From positions 46,314,001-46,378,000 of the forward strand of contig OX597814.1 in NCBI GenBank assembly GCA_951406725.2: a stretch of DNA of 64,000 nt, given 5' to 3'. The translations under genes were made by a program, and so were the position numbers. Of the stretch, positions 37,281 through 52,759 are shown in pieces (positions within the stretch are counted from its first letter, which is position 1; each line of letters opens with the position of its first letter). The DNA comes from Octopus vulgaris. Taxonomy: Eukaryota. Below the pieces are notes generated by a model. It did not search any database, was not told the origin of the DNA, and was given only the letters and a program-made list of their open reading frames with translations.

Positions 37281-40200
37281 TTATAATTTAAAATTTTTCT
37301 TTGCACTTATATATAAATGATATCTAGTAATAGCTTACAAATAAAAAATGTTTCTTACATGTTAATCTCATTTTTAAAGAATTATCTCCTTTGTTTCTTT
37401 TAATATAGAAAAGAATAAACTTTATAGATTTTCCGTAAGATAAACCACTGGGTGTATAATTTTAATGTTTGATATTTGTTTTGTTGGGTTTTTTAAAAAT
37501 AAACTTTTGGTTAATATTTCCAAGTGGGACAATTATCACATTTGACTGGTATGTGACAGTTAAAGTAATAACGTTCATTCATGTCACCATATTGGATTTA
37601 ATAAATATGTGGACTTATATCTAATTCAAGTAAATTTTTCAATTTAAAATTTTCTCTTTATCTCTGTTTTTGTTAATTTTGTTTTAATTTCAAAATTTTA
37701 ATAATAAAATTATTAATCATAATATTAAAAAAATGTGGTTTTCAATTATTTTTCCATTGTTATTTGTTATTTCTCTTATATAATCTACAAAATTATCGTG
37801 TCAAAATATTATGTATGACAACTATGTAAGAAGTATTCAATTAATTCCATGAAATTACCATTTTGGTAAAATTCATGTATTTAATGTTTTCACTAGATAT
37901 ATTGAAAGATGTATATATTTTCCTTTTTTTATTAGGATTTTCAAATTATATATCTGAAAAAATATTGCACTTTAGATAAGGACTGGAGGTTTAAAAAGAA
38001 GGCTAATTTATTTGAAATGAAGAAACCATCTAACTTGAAGATATTCTTGTATGATGTTCTGACATGTTTATGGTAAAGTGAATGACATCTCAGATTAGAA
38101 TATAGAAAGAGGATAATTAAAGCTGTTGTCAAAGCTTTAACTAAAAACATTTAACTACATTACTGTGAAGTCTAAATTAGAAAATTGTCTTGTGATAAAT
38201 TTAATTTAAATGCATTATATTTTAAGAGGTTTCAGTGTTTAGTTTGCGTATACACAAAAGGCAGTATGCCTTGTCACACAAAAAAAATCACTATATATAT
38301 ATAATATTTAGCTAATTGATCAAGACTCATAACATCACACTCAATTATCATAATTAACATCATACATTTAATAGTATTCAAATACAATAATTTGTGTCTA
38401 TAATTTAGATAAGTGTCAGATCCTATTTTCACCACCTTTCAACATTGTTTCAAAAATATCATCCATCTTAAGTGACCTTACATACGTAAAATATCATCTT
38501 GATTTTATTTGAATTTATTAAAGTAGCACACAACCACATCATACTAAGTGACAATTTTAGTAATCTTCTTAAGTGATTATTGATATTTAGTTACTTTTAC
38601 TGAAATTTCAAAAGAATTTATTGGACACTTTTTTTCTTTTGGGGTTTTGTAAATACAACTTTGAGGTTAGGTTTAATGATCATTGTTTACAAATATCTTT
38701 GTGATATTCATGGTCATCTGCATTCTTTCTTGTTGGATTTATGGTGTACTGTTGTATTTATTATATAAATTCATACTGTTCCTATCACAATTGGTTCTGT
38801 TTTCCTTTTTAAATGTTTGTTGGGCAGATTGATAATATCTTTATACATTTTGAACTATTTTTTATTGTATATCACAACATTTGATATGATTTTAATTTTA
38901 TAGCTGAGTTTCAAACTCTAGATAACATTGTTTCATTATTCTGTCATTTAAAATCATTTTAAAAATGCTAAACCAGTGTGGTAGAATTGGTAGAATTTTC
39001 ATCTGATTCTTTAATTTTCTATTACTATTAAGATTTTGTATACTACAAATACTTGAAATATGATATATAAACTTAAAAGTTATTTGGTATATCAAATAGA
39101 AATTTTGTTTCAATATAGTAAAAATATATATTTATTCAGTTATAATTTATTTTGTTCACATTTTGGAACATTGTTAAAGTATAAGAGGAAATACATTTTT
39201 ATTTACAAGCAAGGAAAACAAAATCTGAAGTTATTATTTTGATAAAATAAAGCTGGATTACCTTCTATATAGAGAAAGCATTGAGCCAGTAATTCAAATA
39301 TTCATCCAATCTAAAATAGCTTTTGTTATGATGTTCAACTATTCAAAATCTTCTGAAAATATTTTGTTTCTTTATACTTACATAAAAGTAAAATTGATTA
39401 TATTAGAAATATAAAAAATATCTGATATTTGAAATTATTGTTAAAAAGCTCAACAGCCAAAACAAAACATTTTGATCCACTAAATTGAATGTATTATGGA
39501 TAATTTTTCTAAACAAATTATTCTAAGTTTGAAAAACCTTCTTATTATAAAAATCTATTGTAATAATTATATTTGCAATTATATGTTATTATATAATAGT
39601 TTGCATTGGCCAACAGAGAAGTCTGGAATATTTCCTGTATTTTTGTCTTTAGAAATTAAAATATTTTTTCTACTAATCTTATTTAAAGTGGTTAACAATT
39701 CAAATGTCAGCTTCTGATTTTCCAATTATAATGGTTTCATTAATAAGAATTTAATTTTAATTAGGTGATGAATTCCTAAGCAAGAGAACATAGGTTTACT
39801 CTCCGCTTGAAACTGGGTTTAACTTTACTAATCCATTCAGTGTATATTTGAGAGATTGAGATGGAAGTTCTTAAAATGTTTATATTTAATATTAATATCC
39901 ACTTTGGAGTGACTGTCAAGAGATCTCCAAGTTCTTTCTTATACCATAAAAGTAAAGAATAAAAGATTTTCAATTTTACTTATAATTTAAAATAAAAACT
40001 ACATGTTTTTTCATCTGTTCTTAGGTATGGTGAAAGACATTTAACTTGACATGGTTGTCATTTTTCAGTAATAAAACAAATATTTATGATATCTTGCATG
40101 AGAGTATTTTTTTATCTCAAATATATTATAATTACTATTGGTAGTGAAAAAACAAAAAATATAAATTTAGAATATATTTGGTATTTAAGATATTTCATTT

Positions 40201-41245
40201 TCATTTCATATTCCTTCAAGATAATCTTAGTTGAAAGCAATTTGAGTTCAGTAATTTTTCGTTAACAAAAAGCATAAGCTTTACGTGTTAAGTAAATTAC
40301 ATTACCATCACTAGAACTGACTGCCATTTTATCTGTAAAGAATGATTTCAGCTACAGATTACTATAATCCTAAATAATACCCATAAACAAAATTATAATT
40401 ACTTCATTTAATTTTCAGCTTAATTTAAGCAGATTAAAAACAACCAATATGCCATTCATGTTATTAGCATTTCTTAAAATATTAACTCTTTGAAAATAAG
40501 TGGTGATAATTAAAATTTTTAAAACATATCTGATTCTTAATAGACTAAGAAAAGTATGTAACGTCTTGGTAGATATAAGCTTTGTTTACTTTTGAGGACA
40601 AAAAGGTGAGTCAGTGAATCATACAATTGTTTTATAAGGATTAAAACCTTTCTAAATAGCTGCTTTTTTATACTTTTTTTCCAGTTAAACTGAAGAACAC
40701 TGACTTTATGCTTGTCAGGTGTTTTATTCATGGAGTCAACGGAACAAGTATCAGTAATATATTGAAACCAATTCAGAACTATAAATATTGAACTCGACTT
40801 TAAAAGATTTTAATAATCTCACAGAAAATAAATGGAAAATAGATTCTATTATAGAGAATAAAAATACATGAAAATTACTATTTCATTTAATTACGTTAAA
40901 TTTAGGGGAATCAGGACATTAAGATTAGTCAAAAGGTTTGTTTGAATAAAGTAAATTTAAGAAATGCATAATCAATTAATGCTTTTCTGGTTTAGAAATA
41001 TAACCTATAAGTGCCATCTATTTGTTACCAATACTTTCTGTGGAGCTTTTAATATGTAAAATTTTTTCTCTCAATATTTATCAACACTATTCATGAATTG
41101 GTAGGCTGTCTTTGATTTTTCTATATAATCAATTCCAGTGGGTATAAATTCTGCAAGAGGTTGAGTGTTTGCTGTTTTTTTAAGTTCATCATATTGCTTC
41201 TAATAATTTGACTGTGGTAAGATTCCAAGTTTGTTATGGTTCACT

Positions 41246-41251
<6 letters not shown>

Positions 41252-41321
<70 letters not shown>
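41252..41321. repeat. Compound (CA)n(TA)n microsatellite
   Basis: Read directly from the sequence. Confidence 0.95.
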
Positions 41322-41324
<3 letters not shown>

Positions 41325-43364
41325 CTCTTTTATATGGATAATTAAAGGCAAATCAAGAAGCTTGCTAACTGAATACAGTTGTTGCATTATATGCGAAATC
41401 AATTTGGTGGCTTTTCTTGCATATTTTCTATGAAGAACTGATCCCTAATGAAATGTGGTCCCCCAATTGTATTTTGACACTTGAAATGTGGTTGCATCAT
41501 TGTTTTAGAAGTTATTAGGTAAGTTTTGTCAGTGGTCATTTTAAGTATTTTTCTAATAATTCCAACAATGATTTTAGCTCTCATAACAGAACTCATTTTT
41601 GGTATCTTGAAATTTTATAGTTTTCATTCATTTTCTACTTTAAGCATTAATAAAATATGTCTTACATAAAATTACTTTCTTTCAATAAAATAAATACTTC
41701 TACAATACAATTTCTAATACTTTCATTATGTAGTAAATAGTTAATACTTGGAAAGAAATCTTAAACTTTTGATATATTTTAATTTTTTATTTTATTTTTT
41801 TTTTACATATAAATAGTTTCAAGCATTCCCTGAAAAAAAAAATGAAGTACTGATTCTAAGAATATGCTAGCTCTCATATTCTAAATTTTAAGCTTTTAAA
41901 TATAGTTCCCATTATTTTTGTTTTTACATTAACATGTATGGAACAACATCATAGATTCAGAAAGAATTGGAATCACAAATAGCTCCTATTTTCCTCAATT
42001 TTTTGATGTTTGTGCTGTTGTCTAAGGATTTAGATTTCACCAATAAAATATAATTGACAAACACCTTCCAAGCTGCAGCATTGAACCCAATATTTCTGGA
42101 AGTATTTCTTGCAAAATAAAACAAACTATTGCCTATATGCAAATTATAAAATTTTAAAAAATATTTATAAATTAGATTTGTGTAATGCCATTAACTCATA
42201 ACAAGCAAAAACCCAAGTTCAATAAAATGTTTATTATAAGCATCTTTTAATGTTCAAGTGACTTCTATTTTATTGCTTTCTTCTAATGTTTCTTTTGGCT
42301 CTCAGGATAAATATAACTTGTTTTAGTTTCCAGTATGAAATAATAGAATTAAATTTTCAATGAAACAATATAAAATATGGATTTTTATTCAATATAAATA
42401 TACATTTAGCATATGGATTTTCTGATACTTTTTATTTATTATATTCTATTTATTCTGCTCAAGACTTGTACAGACTTCACTAAAATTACATGACAAGGTA
42501 ATATCCATTCTTTCTAAACTAAACATCATTACTTTTAGCTTGAAGTTCTTGTATGGTTATATATAGTAATCATTATTTTATTTAAGGACAAAAATGTATT
42601 TATTTTGATGTTATTCATTTTACAGGAACATCTAATTTTTGTTTTGCTTACCATTAAAAAACGATGCATAGCAATTAGATTTCTCTGAGAATTTGCTACT
42701 ATTCTAACCATCATTATAATAATTCAGCTTTGCTAGTTATAGAAAATACATCAGCAATGGAAACTATAAACTAATTTGGTTGTACAATTTTCAAATTGTG
42801 ATTCTTTTTGTAACCAAAATAAATTATTTAATGTTTTACTGCTCTCCCCTCCCTTTCTCTCTAATCTCCTAATTTTCTCCCTATTTATCTATGCTATGAT
42901 GATTAATACTAAGTTATGAAAATTTCAGTTTTTCAGTTATCTGGAATGATGCTGCTATTTTATTTTATTAATTTTTCAAATTAACTATTGCTCCATAAAA
43001 TATTCATATTGATAGCTATTATATGTTGCTTTTTTTAGTTCCTTTTTAGTATTTTAATAAATTAGATACTGATTAAAGTTTTGGGTTTTTTTTGCCTGTA
43101 CAAGAAAAATAAGTTCATTAAATAGATAATTTCTCCTCATCTTATTGAATAATCATTCTGTAACCTATGATTAAGGCAGCAAGATAGTTTGCATTGAACT
43201 TATTATGGTTAGGCATTTAAAATGTATTAGTTATTACCCAATACCATAGCCATAAATATTTTTAAAAACATTGATATAGATAATGTACTCTTTATAACAG
43301 TTCAAATGTTGCTAAACTGAGTAAATTTCTATTATATATGTTATCAGTTAGTATAACAAGATAT

Positions 43365-43580
43365 TAAGTGGATTGGCAGAACCAGTAGAATGATGGACAA
43401 AATTCATTGTGGTATTTAGTTGTGTATCTTTACATTCTGAGTTCAGATTTTACCTAGGTTAACTTTGCCTTTCATTCTTCTGGGTTTGTTAAAGTAAGTA
43501 CCTGCTGATTACTGGATTCAGTTTAATTGATTATGCCCATCTCGCATATTTGAGGCTTTATGCCTTTTTAGAAATCAGTA
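43365..43580 (+). mobile_element. Degenerate tRNA-derived SINE (second family)
   Basis: TGGCAGAA head and B-box-like GAGTTCAGATTT, followed by the core GGTTAACTTTGCCTTTCATTC...TAAGTACC. Confidence 0.65.
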
Positions 43581-46500
43581 TTAAGTAAGTGCAGCACTAC
43601 TGTTATATATAAGTGCATTTAGAGCCAGTGGTACCATTGTCCACAACTTGCAAATTTTATGTGTATTTTAAAAATCCGGAAAAAACTGTCTTTTTATTGT
43701 AACAATGTAAATTTGGAAGATGACTAAGTACTGTCTAAAAATCATAGTGAAATATCACTTGCTCCAATTGAATAATGCTCCAAGCTAAGATTTTTAAATA
43801 ATCAATTGTGATCTCACATTACTTTCTTTTTCCTTTGGCATTCTTATAATAATTTTATGTAGTTTTAATTTTTTGTCTGGGACAGATGTGAATGTAAGAA
43901 TGATATAAAATGGCTGATATTATGGTTCATTAGATTAACACAACAAAGATAGCTGCTAAATAAAAGTATGAATAAGTTCATCGGCTGTTAGTTGATATAG
44001 AAATTGTTTCTAAAGATACTGATTCCTTCTAAGTGTGCTAAACACTACATCCTAATAATCTGAGAAATACTGTCTCTTTTTACCTTTAAAGTAGCCATTG
44101 GTGAAAGAATCAACCTCAGCTTATAATTTATCTAATGAAGGAGAAAGTCAGATGCTTAACTCTAAACACATTTAGCAGTATTTTATAGATGTTTTTAGTG
44201 TAAATTTTCAGGGATTTGTGATATTAACAAACATGTGAGGTAAGCTACAGAATTTTTAACAGTATCATATAAAATAATGTTACAGCTGCATAGATGCTAA
44301 GAGATCAAACAACATCATGAAAATTATTCTGGATGTGAACAGGAATTTAACTATGTTAAGTATTGGTTCTGTTTGAAATCATCATTGATAGAACTAATTG
44401 CATATGTTTCAGATTTTAAGCTATGGTTAGTTCTGATGTTCAAGCAAAATACTGAAAAAATTGCAATAAATGTTTCCTTTATTTTATAATTTAAATATTT
44501 CTGAAAATATCAAAGAAATAAACCCCAGCAATGTTTTAAAGAGAATTAAAATGTTGTGTGAAGAGCCTCACAGATTTTGAATGTTTAAATTCAGTACTTA
44601 TTACCTGAGTTCATGAAATATTTTTTTCATATTTAACTTTATGAATAACTATAAGCATAATCTTCAACACAAACCTTAGCTGAATAAAATTTAGAAATGA
44701 TTTATAGTACTAAAAAAATGAAAATTTATTTCAGGAGATGTATTGATCTTTATCCATTCATATATTTAAAGTCAATGTATTATTTCAGCTGCAACAAAGC
44801 TGCATCATGTAGTCTATAATTCAGTTCCTTTGAAGTTTATTAGTCTTAAAAGTTCAAACTTAGTTTCTAAACAATATAAATAGTCTGTATGATATTAATA
44901 TATTGATAGCACTAAATGTTTTCAGTCTATAGATTTTTTATTGAAATACTGAAGTATATTAAAATTCAAAATTTTATAAAAAATTTTATATTTTGCACAG
45001 CATATAAAAATATTTTATCTTGTAATTAGTAGTTTAATTATTGCAATATAATAATATTGATTTTAAGCTTAAGGCTAATTTGAAATATATGAATAAGAAT
45101 TCATATATTTTGAATTAACCTTAATTCTACCATTGTAGAATTCAGTAGGTTGTACCCATTATATCATAGACACTTATGTTTTTATATTACTCTTCTCTTA
45201 TTAATAGAATGGTTTTTTTTAAAAGAAATATGTACTGTAGGTGTATATATATATATATATTTGTTTGAATTCATGAAAGTAATTTAGTATCTACTTTATA
45301 ATTTAATGGGTAAAACAATTATATCTTAAGATGTATAGTGAATATCTTATTTTCAAGAGTATAAAAACATGAATGATTATTTCTGATAATAACTTTATTG
45401 TCTTCACCTTTGTAAGGCTCTCACAAAATATATACCCACTTAAGTAGATAATAGATATTTAAATTTAAAGTATCATAAATTTCAAATGAATGGTTTTTCA
45501 TAATTAATTACATTCCCAATATATTTTCCTTGATAAGTTTCATAGCTATTTGATCACGAAAGGGAAAACATAATTTAATTTTGGTGCCTTCTTTTACTAC
45601 TACAATAGTTTGCTTTTCATGAAATACATTTTAAAGAAAGTAACAAGTTACTAGAAATCAAGAGAAATAATTATAAAGTAAATGATATTTATAGCTCTGG
45701 TATATTTTCAGCAAGATTACTTGATATCAAGTTCTGTACAATAACAACCTGTCCAGTCTTTCCGTTACAACATTTGATATTACTTTTTCTTTCCTACAAA
45801 AATTCCTTTTTGATTATATTTTCCTTCACCATTTTATGTTTTCCAATTGGGAAAAGAATTTTAAATTTTGAAAATTGTAAAATTGAAGGGTTTTTTAGTA
45901 ATCCTTGACAATCATTTTATTTCATTTTATTTTTTATTTATCTTTTAATGTGATAACATCTGCAAATCTTATATTTATTACCTGTATGATTCAAACTGAT
46001 GTGGGAGAGTTAGCCTATAATGGTGTTCTTTTGCTCGTATATATACGAGTAATTCATTTTCCCTATTAGTATTGTTTAAATCTATAATATGCAAATCTCA
46101 GTGCAATAAGTGACTATCACTTGATATACTAATAAATATTGTTATATCTTTACTTTCGTCTTTTTTAATTATTTCTATTATTTTATTTTATTAAGAAGTT
46201 TTCACATTTACTTATATTAGGTATCTAATAAGAGATATTTACTAATATATAATCATAAACTAATAAGTAATTTAATATCTTAAAGACATTAGAAATATAA
46301 TGTATTATTGAATGAAATTAGGCCAACTATCATATTTCATTAAGGAAATCATTCACCAGTTCTCATTTCTTATGTTACTTACATAATGTAAATGGCATAG
46401 AGGGATGAAATTTAGTATTTGAAGGTATTTTGGCAGCCTAAGAACTCTAAAATTTAAAGAAGCAGATTTTAAAGATAAGCAATTGAACTTATTATTGTTT

Positions 46501-47574
46501 AATAATAAATCATATTTAATTATTAAATACCTTCCGCTATGGCTTTATTTTCAAAAGACCCAGCTTTTTAAAGAATAAAAAGAACTGAGAATAAAGCAAG
46601 GATTTAGTTTGGTGGTAATTTTTAAAAGATTAAGAATTTTCTTTATTAAATAAAACTTAATCCTTACTAAGTATATTATGATTATTAACAAAATTCTATT
46701 CTTTAGATATTCAAAATTCTATAGAAATTCAAAATAGATTTAACCCATAAACTGAAGTGTAAGCCAACTGCAATAAAATGTAAGTAGAATATAATAAAAT
46801 TAAACAAAATATAATAAAATAGTCAATATTTGCCTATTACAAAAATACCATCTTTTGATTATAACAGGTTCACAAAGATTTTATTTTTAATGTACTAGAT
46901 TTAAGAAATCAGAAATAGAATCTGAAAGATGCATGATAACAAAAAAGTTACAGATCACCTGAAAAACAACTTGCCTGGATACTAAAGAATTATTTGACAA
47001 GATATAACCACACTCCAGAAATAAAGCTTACTGAAAAGAAATGAAATAACTCCATAATGGCAATAGAGCCAAATAAAGAATTCAGTTTCTGAAAGCACAG
47101 GTGGTGGGGAACTAAATAGAAGTTTACTTTCATACACAAATAGTCAATTTACTTTCTCAGCTGCACAAAAATCTCTTGGAATTTTCAACAAATTCATTTT
47201 GCATTGGTACATTGAGAAAATTATTGTCTAGTGGAATGTTGTACGATTTTTAGTTTTGATATTTTTGCAAATTATTGTATTCAGAGTTTAGAGGGTTTTG
47301 AGATGGCCAAGATAATAAAGCCCTTGACTAAATGCATTTCAGTATTTAATTTTTATATGATATGTTCTATGTTCAAATACTGTCTGGGTCAACTTGATTT
47401 TTCATTGCTCCTCAATCAATAAAACAAGTACTGCTAATATAGTGATGAATACTTAGTTTGCTCTAGCTTTTTTGCATCAAAAATAGGCTCTGTGAATCTA
47501 AGAATCTGTGTTTAGTATTTGTCTCCTATTTTTGATGGTTTTAATAAAACATAGACACTAGCTTCTTTTATGAC

Positions 47575-47578
47575 TATA

Positions 47579-47640
<62 letters not shown>

Positions 47641-47642
47641 AT
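47575..47642. repeat. (TA)n microsatellite
   Basis: Read directly from the sequence. Confidence 0.95.
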
Positions 47643-48704
47643 TTGATCATGCTTTGTTTTTATAGTCCATTTGTCTCCATTCCTTTGACCCAATTTAAGA
47701 AACATGTAAGTTATGCATAAATTTATAACAATTTATTTTAGATCATTAAACATGAAATTTTTTTAGGAAAAAAAGATATATACCCATATCTATCTCACTC
47801 TAATTTCTTGATAATAGTAAAAGAAATGGAGGATAATAAAATAAATTCACAAGTTTCTTTAAAATTTACAACTAATAAGAATGACAACTCTTCTAAAAAG
47901 TAGCAATAGAATTTTGGAACAAAATATTTTATAATCTATTCTGATTTGCTAATAGTTCCAGCATTAGTCAAATTCATTATGAAATACTCTTACTTATAAA
48001 TGGTTGCTAATGAAACAGTCCAACAGGCTTACATAACAACAAACCTTATCAAACAAAAATTTGCCAACAGAATTCAATTATTGAAGCACACTGCTGAATT
48101 AAATCAAATTGAAAACGAATTTGTTAAAAATTTCTCTTCTATGTACTAAATAGTATATCAGACGGATGTTTTATTACAAAAATGTCAACATTTTTGGCTT
48201 TGCCTCTCAGCTGTGAAGAAAAGCATATGGTAAAAAATTACAATAATCAAAATTTCAGGATATAATTTGGTTCCCAAGACAATGTATTAATTCCCACAGA
48301 ATTGAATGTGTGGTGATTGTTATGAAATTATTGTTTGAAACTTTTTTTTTTTCTTTTGACATTTTCTAGAGTAAAAACTGTTTGAAACCATTGGTAATAA
48401 ATATTTCTCAAAGAGTACTGCTTCCAATTGATCATTCAGTATTTTTTAAAGTGACATTCCTGATCAATATATTAATTATTCATTGATACTGTCTGTGATG
48501 TCCTGACATATATTAAATTAATTTCCCCTTCATTATGAATATATTTCATACTGGTTATAACTATTTGTCCCATAATGATGAAAGGTATTTAAATTTATTT
48601 TAATCTTTTATTTGCTTTTCTTTCTTATTTCTAGTTAGTTTTTACTACAATTATTCCTGTCCATTCGGATTTGTTTTCATAATAGGAGTTTTAATCAACT
48701 TTTG

Positions 48705-48731
48705 TCTATCTATCTATCTATCTATCTATCA

Positions 48732-48798
<67 letters not shown>

Positions 48799-48832
48799 CA
48801 TATCCATCCATCCATCCATCCATCCATCCATC
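48705..48832. repeat. Compound (TATC)n then (CATC)n tetranucleotide repeat
   Basis: Read directly from the sequence; the unit switches at about 48798. Confidence 0.95.
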
Positions 48833-51800
48833 TGCACTCTTACTTTTAATAATTCAGTTTCTAGGGTAAATTTATCTGGAATATATTTTAGGAAACTCCA
48901 ATGATTACTTTATGCAACTGAGATTTATTTTTGGTTTTATTTCACTATAGAAAATTTTAATTAGGATAAAAAACTATCAACTAAATTATGGTCTGAGATT
49001 CTAGAAAAATTGTTTATTAGGGCAGTTTAATGTCTATTTAAAATTTTATTTTTTGTTCTTGTGGATTCATTGATGTATTAAATGAAAATGTTATCAATAA
49101 AAATGTTCTAATCTTTTTTTTCATTGTTATTGTCTAACATTTCTCAAAGTTGATAGTTAATTACTTTTTCTAGAAAATATAATCAGCTTCTCAATTTTTA
49201 CTGCTGACTAAATAACATTAAAACTGCTAAAAAAAAAGGTGGTTAAAATAAAGGATTATTTTACCGTGATGATAGCCTCTTCAATCCATAAATATGTGTT
49301 AGGTTCTTATGAGGATGACAAAAATGATTATATACTTTCGTTTATGAGATAGTATAGTCTTGGATTTGTTGGGAGTAATATGCAAAGGTTTTTGAAGTTA
49401 GTAAAAGATGCCAATGTAATTAAGACGGAAAATTAGCTATCAAGACGTTCAAAAGTGTAACAGAGAAAAGAAAATACCATAAAGGAATAAACTATCTGTC
49501 AGAATTAAAATCTACTAATTATACAATATAGCTGGGCATCAACATGACAACATATACAATAGAAGCAAGGCATTAAATTTATCAGTAGGGAAAGATGTAT
49601 AAATCTTGTCTGACTCTTTAAATGGTGGAAACCTCCAATAAGGTCATACTAGACTTTTCTCCATCAACAATAAAAAAAAAATACAAACTTTGCTCACTGA
49701 TATGAAGAAAATGTTGCACCTCATCATCTTTAAACATGAGTCACATGCAACCAAAGCTCTCATAGTCAACTCAAATACTAGGTCTCATTATCACTGTAGA
49801 TCTTCCATAGCAAATACACATAGCTAGAACTTCATCTTCAAGACTTCAGGGTCTTTGAAGTATTTTCTACCTTCAGAGATAGAAAATACTTCAGCCCTCA
49901 GCAATTTTCAAAGTTCAAGTGAAACCTACAACTAAGACATTGTTACTGCCAAATACACGTAAGCATCCTAAATTGCATCCAGAGAAAGGCCTCCTGACTG
50001 ATTGACATACAATGATTCCCAGATATGGACCAGCCTCTGGCCCACAGGTATGCTCATCAACTTGAAATGTTTTAAGCAACATGTTAACAGCATCAGTCTT
50101 ACCAATTTCAAAGGATTAGCATTGGTCATGGGCACCACACCTTTCTTCAGACCTAGCAAATAAAAATATTGCTGAAAAATAAGCATGCCAAAAAAAAAAA
50201 AAATTAAGAAAAAACAATAATTGAAGTGGTCTAGAATGTCAATAGTCCAAGGGCTGAAATCATTCAAAGACCCCTATTTAGGCTGACTTTTGTAGGGTTA
50301 GAAAATATTAATTGTTTATAAATATCTCATAAGAACTTTTATGCTTACAAGTGAATCAAATGACAACACATTCAATGAGGAATCTTTCATTGACCATCAA
50401 ATATCTCTTTCTCTCCGTCCTTCTTACTGGGACTCTTATAGTAGAATTTGGAACTTAATGTTATTTAAAATTTCATTATATATGTTTAATCTTATATAAT
50501 TAAAGGCATACAACATTTAGAATATTATTTAAATCATGAGAATTCCAAGTTTAAAACATTATTTAAATCATGAGAATTCCTCAACAGCAACAGGCTATGG
50601 TTGATCTATAAGAAAATATGAAGAGGGTCTATACTATGCAGGTATTTCAACCATAGGATCATTAGATATGTTATATCCATTACAACTCCTTTCACACACA
50701 TAATACTTAACAGTTTTGTACCATATACTTTTGAGAGAAACACCTCATTTGACTTTTGAGTTTGAATGTTCTGGTAGATAATTGCAAGTTCAGTGTATTA
50801 TCAACAGTGTAAATGACCACAAGTGTCTGTGAAATAAGCTTATGAAAAGGAATTTTGTTAGCCAAAACGATTCCAAGAATGAAATTTTAGCTTCCAGTAG
50901 TTGGTTTCATGTGTTGATAACCAAGTGCAGAAAGATTCTCTTTAGCATTGGTATCTGGCTTCAAGGTTGTTAGGGACCAGATTTAAAAGTACTGGTCCTC
51001 ATGCAGCAACGTCTTTCACACTGCATAATGAGTTCTGATGGACTGCCACTTCATAGAGTATTGCTATTGCTGTTGATGACAAGGTGTCGATAGTTTCAGC
51101 TCTGTTGACTAAGAGCTTTCTTTTGGACTAAGTTAAATTAACAAAGTATGCTACATGAATTCTATTTATCCCCAGGATAGATAGAATGATAGACATTTTG
51201 TATTCTTCCATGTCCAGCTTTTTCACAATTTATTATGTGCTTGAAGCATTTACATGATTATGCTATAAATAGATAGTAAAGTTATATTCACTCCATTCAC
51301 ATTGCTGACTAATGTAATATCCAGAATTTCCAGAAGATTATTCCAGTCATTTATTGCATATTTCTCAAAGTGCAATTCAGAATGTGATGATTTTTTTTAT
51401 GCATATATATAAAAAAATTATTTTCTTTAAAATTATGCTTTTGCTGAAATGTCCCTTTGTTGTACCTGTTCATTTTATTTGTGTCAGGCTGTGTCATAGT
51501 TATTCTTTTTGTTTAGTAGCTTTTTACTTTGGTGGTTGCTACCTGAAAATTAGAGTTTCTTAAAGTTTTTTTTCTATTTCATCTTTCAATTGAAATGTGT
51601 TGGTTAATCTCAGTATAGTTCTTTCTAAGTAATATATTGAAAGGAGCTGTGACCTTGTTGGGTTTAAATTTACAAATACTTTTTAAAGGAAATTGGCACA
51701 TTTTATTTTTAGAGAATGGAATTTGTTTTTCTGTGTTAGATGATTCTGCTCATTAAAGATTTTTGTGTGATTACAAGGCATGACAGTTAAAAAGAAGTGT

Positions 51801-52257
51801 ACTGGTACCTGAGTTAATAGCTTGAGTTCAATTTATCTGTTATCTTAGCTTGCTTCTGCAAATGTTATTTGTAATAGGGCTAATAAATCTAACTATAGTT
51901 CACTGTTTGCTTGTTACTGACATTTATGATCAATGATTAATAAGAATTTCAAGTGTTTCCCAATATCTACACATTACAAAGAATAGTATAGTGATTTCTT
52001 ACATTGTTTTTGATTTGTTTCACTTGTTCATTATATATGAAAGAAACAAATTTTTTCAAGAAGGCAGTAAAGTTTTTTTATCCAAAAAGTAAAGTTGCCA
52101 ACATTACCAATGTCCAGAAAATGAAGGACAGTTCACAAGTATGAACCAAACTTTTTTATATCTTCCATTTATTCATCCTATCACATCTTGAGAGCTTGTA
52201 ACATATAAAAGGAGTTAACAGATTGCCCTTCTAGAGCAATGTTATATATACATACAT

Positions 52258-52297
<40 letters not shown>

Positions 52298-52759
52298 CAG
52301 TTTTCTCCACTGCTATCTATCATCAACACAATCACTATCAACACCAAAACTGATACAACTGCAATTACCAATCCACCAACTTTTGAATAATTAACAGGCA
52401 ACAACTATAACAATATAAATATTTTAGCAATGTCTGTAGCTACACATGTTGTATGTTTATACATTGTGTTTGTGTGTGTTTAGTAAAGCATTGCGATTTC
52501 ATAACTTAAAGTGGAAAGTGTGAAGTACCTATATGAACTTGATAACCCCTCAGGTAACTGAAACAATATAGTACTTCCTCCCATCTCACTCTTTTCATTT
52601 TTTCTTTTCCATTCTTTCAACCATAGTAAGAAGGCAACAATATTTTGCTCTCAGAAACTGTTCTTTCCCTTATTTTTTTAATACATATTTGTTGATTGCT
52701 ATGGCAGTTGGATTTTACTACAATTCAAGTTGCCTGTAAAGAAGCCATCAAGTAGACCT

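Noticed and set aside
41957-42142. 61-aa minus-strand ORF as a possible exon of a convergent gene
   Set aside because: No recognisable homology, and no supporting neighbouring exons were found.
47820-48330. Possible very old mariner-type transposase remnant (LNVW-like motif near 48305)
   Set aside because: Too decayed to support, and no TIRs were identified.
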